Shown here piece after piece: positions 38,684 to 46,480 of a DNA stretch of 64,000 nt (positions are counted from its first letter, which is position 1; every line of letters starts with the position of its first letter). Under the pieces are notes generated by a model. It was given only the letters and a program-made list of their open reading frames with translations. It was not told where the DNA came from and ran no database searches. The translations under genes were made by a program, and so were the position numbers. Source of the DNA: Candidatus Bathyarchaeia archaeon (GTDB lineage: Archaea; Thermoproteota; Bathyarchaeia; Bathyarchaeales; Bathycorpusculaceae); assembly GCA_038883775.1 (NCBI GenBank), contig JAVZLM010000003.1:32001-96000 (forward strand). The letters are read 5' to 3'.

Positions 38684-41600
38684 ATGATGAATAATTTATG
38701 GAAAAAACTGAGTAACTGCTTATGGATTTCGTTGATTATTTCAGCGATGCTTTTATCCAATGTTCATGTGATGGCAGGAAATGAATATTCAATTCAGCAG
38801 GCACCAACAAAAGTGAGGGTAATACCCTCGCCTATAGAATTTAAAGGAGGAAACGCTACAGGTCAAGAGTTTGATGTTGCGGTTGTTGTTGAAAATGTAA
38901 CCAACCTTTATGGCATTGATATCAATATGACCTGGGATATAACATACCTTGAGTATGTCAGCCACGAATTCACAATGCCAGTAACCGACTATCCAAATCC
39001 CATTCCTCCAAGCCCCTATCCAGGAATTTTAAATGGTCCATTAATAACCACCATCGAAGATGTTAACCCAACCGCAGGTTACATAAGAGTTGGTAAGGCT
39101 ACAATGGCCCAACCTCCGCCTCCATCATTCAACGGAAACGGCACAGTCTTTGTTGTTAAATTTAGAGTGAAATATCATCCGCAAGAAGCTGACACAGTGA
39201 CTTATCTACATTTGGCCTCAACAGATTTGGCTGGCAAAATGCCGCCTGGGCCTCTTATTATACCCCACGAGCGTCAAGACGGTGTAGTTATTTTACGCTC
39301 CTATTTTGAGTATCCACCAATGCCATTATTAGATTTGAGAATAAACGGAGATAAGGAATACAATGCTATAAGAATAGGCGAGCGCTTTAACGTTAGTGTT
39401 TGGCTTATGGGTGAGGGCGGCGTTGACTTGGACCCATTCTGGGACATAAGCGGCTTCGACTTCACAGTAAACTTCAACTCAACCCTCCTAGAAGCGGTCG
39501 ACGTCAAAATCGACCCAGCCAACTGGTGGCTAGGCTTCTACCCAGGCGGAGTCCAAGTCTTTGCGGAGTCTATTGATAACACAGTGGGCAGAGTTAAAAT
39601 AGCCTTCATCGGCTTGCCTGACCCAACGCAAACGCCGCCTCATGATCCTCCGAATGGTAAGGGTGTTTTAGCCATCGTGACTTTTCACGTTATTTATGAG
39701 TCTGAGACGTATCCTCCGCCTTCTGCGCCCATATGGCTTGAAAACCCGCTTCCACTAGCCCTCATAGACCTCTACAGCGAAAACGACCTAATAAACCTCG
39801 AAACTCCAGTCTCAACAGACTGGCATGAACTCACCCCCACATACTGCAAACACTTCAATGTTACTTTCTGGGAGGATGTTGATGGCGACGGGCGCCTCAG
39901 CCCCAACGACCAAATCCACCTATTAGACAAAGAAACAGGCAAGTGGCTTCCCTACCGGGTCCACGCCGTCCCAGTAACCATGCGCGTTGACATCCTACCC
40001 TTCGAATACACAGACGAATACCACGAAGGAACAACAATATTCACCAACACGTGGCCGCCATATCATGCGCTTCTAAGTGGGCTAAAGCTTGATCCCGCGT
40101 ATCCCGTTATAACTTGGCCGCCAACATACGTTCCAGTGAACCTTACGCTGTCTTATGCAGCTTTGGACGTAAGCTCCGTTGAGGTTGAATTTCCAAATGG
40201 TACAAGAAGGCTGTTAACCGAAAACACTGAATGGGAATGGTTCTACGGGTCAGATCAACTTGAAATCAAAATACCGCTTGGCGTGCCAAAATCCTGCGCC
40301 TTCGTTGAGGGCGTCAACATGACAACAGGCTGGGAAGGCTACGTTCCGAAAGGCAGAGTTATACTCCCAGACCAAACAACAGGCTGGATTCACCGATTCG
40401 TCGTCACACCAGTCAAAGACAGAATAGACCTTTACGTAACCATAGTTGACAGCGCCGAATTTAATGTCACAAGAACCTATGCCATATACCTCAACGAAAC
40501 ACTAATAGAAACAGGAGAGCTAACCTATCTTGGAGAGCCAATAGAGCTATACACGGTCATAAATGACATAGACCCCGGATACTACGTCTTAAACTTCACC
40601 TTAGACAGTCCAGACGACAAACCATGGAGCGTAGAAATTTATGGAGCACTTTTCTACTCATATGAGGACGAATTCTACACAGAAGGCAACGTAACGATAT
40701 CATCTCCACTAACAGTCGATTTCACTGCGGATCCACCAACCTTAACCGTGCTTCCATTAGGCGAGCGGGGCGGCTACCTATGGATGAACATAGATGCTGA
40801 TGGAGACGGCGACGCTGAACCAGGATGGTACTGGAACATGGGATACGACTATGCCCCAAACAACCCAGTTGTTGCCATCGCCCCAACATGGACTGGAACA
40901 GAACCAACAGACAGATTCCCGTTAGGAACAGTTGTTACAATAGATTATATGGCTGAATGCACAAAAATGTGGGTTAACTACACAGCCATCGAGCCTACTA
41001 AATGGATTAAATCCGCAATAGGCGCAGCTGACTTCCCATTCACTGCACCATTAACAACCGAATGGAAAGAACTAATGCCATATCCAGACAAGCAACATGT
41101 TATAACTGGCTGGACTGACACAGACGGCAACCACCGCCTAAGCATAGGCGACATAATCCAACTCTACGACGTGGAAACTGGCGAAACCAAACCCGCCAAC
41201 ATAACACTACTGGCAACAGGCCTAACCGTAATCCAAAAACCAGTCATCTGCCTCGCCGACACATCAGACCCATTCTACGGCCAAGTAGCAATAGTGGACG
41301 TGGCCGGCTTCCCCCACCCAGAAAGACCCATGTGCCCATGGCACAACAAAGCCTACTCAGTCCCCATCCCCCACAAAACAGAACCAGCCACATACACAGC
41401 GCCCACACGGGGACCAATAGCGAATTTCACTTATACCCCAAGCGAACCAGTGCAATTTGAAGAAATAACATTCGACGCTTCTCTAAGCTATTCTCCAGCT
41501 AACAAGACAATTGTCAGTTATGTTTGGGATTTTGGTGACGGTTCTCCAGTTGTTGTTGAATCGGATCCAATAACAACCCATGCATACCTCAGTTCAGGAG

Positions 41601-42649
41601 ACTTCCTTGTAAGTTTAATTGTAACAGATGAAGACTACGTGAATAGCTCCGCCTTTGTCGTCAGCATACATGTGGCTAGTTGGCCATCACCAGTAGCTAA
41701 CTTCACTTACTCGCCTACCATGCCAATAGAATGTGAAACTTTAATTTTCGATGCTTCTCTAAGCTATTCTCCAATGGGCGCTGAAATTGTCAGTTATGTT
41801 TGGGATTTTGGTGACGGTTCTCCAGTTGTTGTTGAATCGGATCCAATAACAACCCACGCATACGCATACGCGGGTTCGTATAAAGTCACCCTTACCGTAA
41901 AAGATCTATACAACAGTACCAACAGCATTTCGACTCACCTGCTTATCACTCGTGGTTTTGCAGCCCTAAACGTTGAAACAGATGTTGGCTCGATCTATTT
42001 TGTAGGAGAACTAGCAGAGTTCCGATTCCTAGTAAGCTTCCTGGGCGAACCTAGTAACGCAACGAAACTTAGCGCCAAGTTGTATGGGCCGAATAAACAA
42101 ATGATAGCAAAATACGTTTATCCAACCAATATCACTTTGTTCGCCACTGGAGTATACAGCATCACTTATGAAGTAGGTGCCGCTGCGGGGGTATACACAT
42201 TAGTTGTTGAGGTTGAATATTCTTCGCTCAAGGCAAGCGGACTTAAAAGTTTTCTAGTAAGCGCTACTCTAAACAATTGGGATGCCATAATAACGGACAT
42301 AAAAGATGAAATAGCGACCGTTGTTGTGCCAACCCTTGGAGAAATCAAGCTAAACTTGACTTCCATCAACGCAACATTATCTAATCTAATAGTTAATAGT
42401 AAAGGTGAAATCCTTGCAGAACTAGACACTGCATTAGGTTCGATAACCGCTAAGTTAAATACAATCAACACAGCCATAACTGCCATTGATGGCAACGTTG
42501 TAGACATCAAAACTTCTGTGGGCGACATACAAGCAACTCTCGGCGGGTTACAATCAACACTAACACTTGGTTTAGCAGCAACAGCGATACTCTCCATTAT
42601 AGCAGTATTATTAGCTGCTCTAATCTTGTTAACATTGAAAAAGAAATAA
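38684..42649 (+). CDS. Membrane-anchored scaffoldin-like protein: 2 cohesins (second with large insertion), PKD x2, stalk repeats, TM
   Basis: NLYGIDINMTWDITYLEY; central region shared with the 32239 gene; two WDFGDG; C-terminus similar to the 27605 gene; TM plus KKK. Confidence 0.78.
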   Translation: MMNNLWKKLSNCLWISLIISAMLLSNVHVMAGNEYSIQQAPTKVRVIPSPIEFKGGNATGQEFDVAVVVENVTNLYGIDINMTWDITYLEYVSHEFTMPVTDYPNPIPPSPYPGILNGPLITTIEDVNPTAGYIRVGKATMAQPPPPSFNGNGTVFVVKFRVKYHPQEADTVTYLHLASTDLAGKMPPGPLIIPHERQDGVVILRSYFEYPPMPLLDLRINGDKEYNAIRIGERFNVSVWLMGEGGVDLDPFWDISGFDFTVNFNSTLLEAVDVKIDPANWWLGFYPGGVQVFAESIDNTVGRVKIAFIGLPDPTQTPPHDPPNGKGVLAIVTFHVIYESETYPPPSAPIWLENPLPLALIDLYSENDLINLETPVSTDWHELTPTYCKHFNVTFWEDVDGDGRLSPNDQIHLLDKETGKWLPYRVHAVPVTMRVDILPFEYTDEYHEGTTIFTNTWPPYHALLSGLKLDPAYPVITWPPTYVPVNLTLSYAALDVSSVEVEFPNGTRRLLTENTEWEWFYGSDQLEIKIPLGVPKSCAFVEGVNMTTGWEGYVPKGRVILPDQTTGWIHRFVVTPVKDRIDLYVTIVDSAEFNVTRTYAIYLNETLIETGELTYLGEPIELYTVINDIDPGYYVLNFTLDSPDDKPWSVEIYGALFYSYEDEFYTEGNVTISSPLTVDFTADPPTLTVLPLGERGGYLWMNIDADGDGDAEPGWYWNMGYDYAPNNPVVAIAPTWTGTEPTDRFPLGTVVTIDYMAECTKMWVNYTAIEPTKWIKSAIGAADFPFTAPLTTEWKELMPYPDKQHVITGWTDTDGNHRLSIGDIIQLYDVETGETKPANITLLATGLTVIQKPVICLADTSDPFYGQVAIVDVAGFPHPERPMCPWHNKAYSVPIPHKTEPATYTAPTRGPIANFTYTPSEPVQFEEITFDASLSYSPANKTIVSYVWDFGDGSPVVVESDPITTHAYLSSGDFLVSLIVTDEDYVNSSAFVVSIHVASWPSPVANFTYSPTMPIECETLIFDASLSYSPMGAEIVSYVWDFGDGSPVVVESDPITTHAYAYAGSYKVTLTVKDLYNSTNSISTHLLITRGFAALNVETDVGSIYFVGELAEFRFLVSFLGEPSNATKLSAKLYGPNKQMIAKYVYPTNITLFATGVYSITYEVGAAAGVYTLVVEVEYSSLKASGLKSFLVSATLNNWDAIITDIKDEIATVVVPTLGEIKLNLTSINATLSNLIVNSKGEILAELDTALGSITAKLNTINTAITAIDGNVVDIKTSVGDIQATLGGLQSTLTLGLAATAILSIIAVLLAALILLTLKKK
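39393..41403 (+). repeat. Patchwork direct repeat, copy B
   Basis: Same blocks as copy A, with an extra ~90-100 codon segment around 40400-40760. Confidence 0.95.
41509..41856 (+). repeat. Intragenic PKD repeat, 72 bp identical
   Basis: 41509-41580 = 41785-41856. Confidence 0.9.
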
Positions 42650-42753
42650 CCTTCAACACCCCACTTTTATTTTTCAATTTTTTAACTCTTAAATAAGAAA
42701 AGCTTAAAAATTAAGCTTCAACATAGTGGTAACACAAATTGCATGGTGAAAAC

Positions 42754-45700
42754 ATGATTAAAAATTGTTTAAAAACTTTCATATTTATTATGCTTCTGTT
42801 TAGCATAAATCTGGGAACCGTTAAAGATGTTTTTTCGGGCACCTCACCAAAAAGCGTTATAGATTATCCCATAGAATCCGTAGAGCATGAACTTATAGTA
42901 AATTGGATAACTCCACCTCAAGATCTTAATCTTAGAGAATCAACTATTATAAAAGTTAGCGTAACTAACAGCGGCTTAGAAAACGAGAGTGATGTGCAAT
43001 TATCTCTTTCAATTAACGATAGTATTGTTGCTTCCAAAACTTTTCCGTTGTTAATTGCAGGTTCTATGGGCACTTTGGAGTATGAATGGACTCCTGCTGT
43101 GGAGGGACAATACAATGTTACTGCTTATTCACTACCAGTAGTTAATGAAACAGACACAGCAAACAATGTTGTGTCTAAAATAGTTCAAGTTTGTCGTGTT
43201 GTTGTTTGTGTAGAACCAGAAACGGTCACGGCGAATGTAAACGAAACCTTCACTATTAACGTGAAAATTGCTAACGTTACGAGACTTTTTGGTTTCGACA
43301 TTCAATTCCGCTGGAGTCCAATAACTCTAAAATATGTCAGTCATAAGGTTAAAGTGCCAAAGGGTTCAACCTATCCTGACGGCATTCTTTACGGCTCTCC
43401 ATTAATAATTAAAAATATGGTGAACGAATCTGGAGTATCTGAGGCTTCTCCAGGAACTCTCTTTTGGCTCTCTGTTGTTTCTTTTGGCACTTCTTTGTCG
43501 TTTAATGGAACAGGAATAGCATTCAATATGACTTTTAAAGTATTGCAAAAAGGCGAATGTGACATATACTTTACATCCGTGGATCTTTCCGATAAGAAAG
43601 GAAAGTCGATTCCCCATGAAGTTAGAGACGGCTACTTTTACATGGAAGGATTAGGCTCTGTGCCCGTGGCTAACTTCACTTGTTGGCCGTCGAAGCGTGT
43701 GGATAGCGTAGATTGCGTTGTTGTTGGTAAGTCTGTTGTTTTTAATGCTTCTTTGAGTTATGATCCTGATGTGGGTGGCGGAATTACCTTGTACATGTGG
43801 GATTTTGGTGATGGAACACGTTTAAACACAACTGAATCCCTCATAAACCACACATATGCTGCAGAGAAAACTCGAAATCCTGTTTCCTTAACCGTTGTGG
43901 ATGTTGAGAATTCAACAAGTAGGCTGTTTTATCGGTTAATAGATATTGTTAACCCAAAGCCTGTGGCTAGATTCACGGTTTGGCCTCCTGATGGACACCC
44001 GGTTGTTGGTAAGTCTGTTGTTTTTAATGCTTCTTTGAGTTATGATCCTGATGTGGGTGGCGGAATTACCTTGTACATGTGGGATTTTGGTGATGGAACA
44101 CGTTTAAACACAACCGAACCCCTCATAAACCACACATATTTGGAAGTTACTGGTATAAGTGCACGTGTAGTGCGGTTAGTTGTCAAGGACGCTGAAAACC
44201 TTACAAGCGAACCGGCCACTTTCTCTTTGTATGTTATAGGCTCGCGTGACGTTAACGTAAAGAATGTTGAAGTATATCCAACCTTGGTTATGCCTGGAGA
44301 TGTTGTGGTTGTTAACGCTACCATAGCTAGTTTGGTAACACAATCAGCGTATAATTTTACAATGGGCTTTGATGTAAAGGTGTTTTGGACAGATTATAGT
44401 GAAATCATGCAAGGTGTGATTGATCAGAAAAAGGTTGAATTGGCCACAAACGTTAGCAAAATTTTTACTTTCTCTTGGAACACAACGGGCATGTCCGAAG
44501 GAGCTTATTGGGTTTGGGTTGAAGCCCTAAATGTTCCTCACGAAGATGATTTTACTAATAATATTTGGCGCAGTTCTGAGGCTGTTAATGTTACATTGAG
44601 AGAGGTTCACGATGTGGCGATTAAAGATTTAACCCTAGCTGTTAGTGTTGAAACAAAGGAATTTGCGCCGCCGGCGATTGTTGGAGAGAATGTAACTATG
44701 CGCGTTTATGTTATGGCAAATGGCACTGTTTCAGAGACTTTTAACGCCACTTTAAGAGTGATGGACTCGGAAGGTGAAGTTTTGTTTAGCAAAATTTGGC
44801 TTAATGAAGGTTTAGCAGCGCGAGAGACAAAGGAGTTAAAGTGCGTGTTTAACACGGAGGATGCGGCTGCTGGTAAGTATATAGTTTCTGTTAACGTCAC
44901 AATTGCGGAGGTGGATGAGCATCCTGATGATAACCTTAGAAGTGTGGAATTTAGAATTATTAGGTCTCCATTTTTATTAGTTGAACCCTTGCCGAGCCTC
45001 ATAGTTGTAGGAGATACCGTTGTTTTTAATGCTTCTGCCAGTTATCATTTAGACGGGGCTATTGTAGGGTATAGATGGGAGTTTTTTGACCCTAATGGAT
45101 TTCTTAGGCGTGTGGAAACAAGTAAAGCTGTTGTTAACTTTACATTCCCTGAGCAAGGTGGTGTTGGGGTATGGGTTATTAAGTTGATCGCGGAGGATAA
45201 TTATACAATAACTTACGGTGCTGATAGGCCCTTGACTGAGCCTTACCGCAAGGTTTTTGAGGTGAATGTTAAAGGAGCCAGTGTTATAGCTCTTCAGCTT
45301 AATCCAGCAACTATACAATATGGTCAATCCATCATTATAAATGGAACGTTAACGCCGCCCAGAGAAGGCGTGAATGTTACTGTTAGGGTTAATGGTACTG
45401 TTTTGGCTACAGTGTTAACTGGTGATATGGGCAACTTTACAATTACTTGGAAGCCAGACAAAGCTGGAACCTACCTAATCGAGGCATCTTGGCCTGGCGA
45501 TGCTGAAACGGCTCCTTCGGCAGATGAAAAAATCTTGATAGTTAGTAAAGCAGTGAGCAGTATAACTTTAAATGTTTCTCCTTCAACGGTTTCTGTTGGG
45601 GAAAATGTTATCATAAGCGGGGTTCTTTCTCCAGAGGAAATCGGAGCTCATGTGAATGTTACTGTTAGGGTTAATGGTACTGTTTTGGCTACAGTGTTAA

Positions 45701-45933
45701 CTGGTGATATGGGCAACTTTACAATTACTTGGAAGCCAGACAAAGCTGGAACCTACCTAATCGAGGCATCTTGGCCTGGCGACGCCAATTCTCTTCCATG
45801 CTCATCGGGACAGCGGCTTGTGAAGGTTGAAGCTCCACAGTTTAATGTTATGCCTTATGTTGCAGTTGCAATAGTAGCAATAATTGTTGTTGCATTAGCC
45901 GTATATCTTGTCAAGTTTAGAAAGAGAGGGTGA
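42754..45933 (+). CDS. Membrane-anchored scaffoldin-like protein: CARDB, cohesin, PKD x2, CARDB x2, PKD, Ig x2, TM (paralog of the 29720 gene)
   Basis: RLFGFDIQFRWSPITLKY; WDFGDG x2; DNYTITYGADRP..YRK shared with 29720; TM plus KFRKRG. Confidence 0.78.
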   Translation: MIKNCLKTFIFIMLLFSINLGTVKDVFSGTSPKSVIDYPIESVEHELIVNWITPPQDLNLRESTIIKVSVTNSGLENESDVQLSLSINDSIVASKTFPLLIAGSMGTLEYEWTPAVEGQYNVTAYSLPVVNETDTANNVVSKIVQVCRVVVCVEPETVTANVNETFTINVKIANVTRLFGFDIQFRWSPITLKYVSHKVKVPKGSTYPDGILYGSPLIIKNMVNESGVSEASPGTLFWLSVVSFGTSLSFNGTGIAFNMTFKVLQKGECDIYFTSVDLSDKKGKSIPHEVRDGYFYMEGLGSVPVANFTCWPSKRVDSVDCVVVGKSVVFNASLSYDPDVGGGITLYMWDFGDGTRLNTTESLINHTYAAEKTRNPVSLTVVDVENSTSRLFYRLIDIVNPKPVARFTVWPPDGHPVVGKSVVFNASLSYDPDVGGGITLYMWDFGDGTRLNTTEPLINHTYLEVTGISARVVRLVVKDAENLTSEPATFSLYVIGSRDVNVKNVEVYPTLVMPGDVVVVNATIASLVTQSAYNFTMGFDVKVFWTDYSEIMQGVIDQKKVELATNVSKIFTFSWNTTGMSEGAYWVWVEALNVPHEDDFTNNIWRSSEAVNVTLREVHDVAIKDLTLAVSVETKEFAPPAIVGENVTMRVYVMANGTVSETFNATLRVMDSEGEVLFSKIWLNEGLAARETKELKCVFNTEDAAAGKYIVSVNVTIAEVDEHPDDNLRSVEFRIIRSPFLLVEPLPSLIVVGDTVVFNASASYHLDGAIVGYRWEFFDPNGFLRRVETSKAVVNFTFPEQGGVGVWVIKLIAEDNYTITYGADRPLTEPYRKVFEVNVKGASVIALQLNPATIQYGQSIIINGTLTPPREGVNVTVRVNGTVLATVLTGDMGNFTITWKPDKAGTYLIEASWPGDAETAPSADEKILIVSKAVSSITLNVSPSTVSVGENVIISGVLSPEEIGAHVNVTVRVNGTVLATVLTGDMGNFTITWKPDKAGTYLIEASWPGDANSLPCSSGQRLVKVEAPQFNVMPYVAVAIVAIIVVALAVYLVKFRKRG
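43720..44139 (+). repeat. Intragenic PKD repeat, 138 bp with 2 mismatches
   Basis: 43720-43857 vs 44002-44139. Confidence 0.92.
45370..45782 (+). repeat. Intragenic Ig-like repeat, 131 bp identical
   Basis: 45370-45500 = 45652-45782. Confidence 0.92.
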
Positions 45934-45990
45934 ACTCTTCCTTCCTGTTTGTTTGAAGGTTAATTCGGAGATCTTTGGAGGGGCTTCATT

Positions 45991-46386
45991 ATGTTTCATA
46001 AAAAATTGTATAAGTGGATTTGTTTAATTTTAGGTTTTGTGGGAATGATTAATGTGGCTACTGTGGGGCTTTATTTGGTTGTAACATGCCTTAGTTTGTC
46101 TCCTTTTCCAGGGGGCGAACATTTTCTTTTTTATGCTTATGCGGCAGCTATTTTAGCGGTTGTTTCCATGTTGCTTCTGGTTTGTGGTATTTGCTTGATG
46201 TGGAGAGGGCGTTTGCGGATGGGAGGCGCATTTAATTTTTTTGCTGGAGTATTTTTTGTTTCCTTTTACTTTTACTTTTCATTTTTTTCTCAACCGTCGA
46301 TGCTTGGATGGTTTTGGCCTTTTGGTTGTTTGCTTTTTCTTCCATTATTTTTGAGTGGCGTTATTGGAATGTTTGTTAAAGGTTAA
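45991..46386 (+). CDS. Hypothetical 4-TM membrane protein
   Basis: 131 aa hydrophobic ORF with a GGAGG RBS. Confidence 0.7.
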   Translation: MFHKKLYKWICLILGFVGMINVATVGLYLVVTCLSLSPFPGGEHFLFYAYAAAILAVVSMLLLVCGICLMWRGRLRMGGAFNFFAGVFFVSFYFYFSFFSQPSMLGWFWPFGCLLFLPLFLSGVIGMFVKG

Positions 46387-46423
46387 ATTTTGGCTGGGTT
46401 TTGGTATAGAAAAAAGTTTCAGA

Positions 46424-46434
46424 AAACCTTAAAT
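46424..46434 (+). promoter_or_regulatory. BRE/TATA AAACCTTAAAT upstream of the SBP gene
   Basis: The identical 11-mer is also at 48915-48925 and 52026-52036. Confidence 0.65.
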
Positions 46435-46480
46435 GGCAATTCGCGTTACAATAGTTTTTGAGAGAAAGGAGAAAGAGGTT

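Noticed and set aside
32948-41403. Diversity-generating retroelement (TR/VR pair)
   Set aside because: Both copies are coding, mismatches are not confined to adenines of one copy (e.g. C/T differences), and no reverse transcriptase is in the window
43720-45782. Both intragenic repeats have the same 282-bp offset
   Set aside because: Consistent with two ~94-aa beta-sandwich domains; probably coincidence
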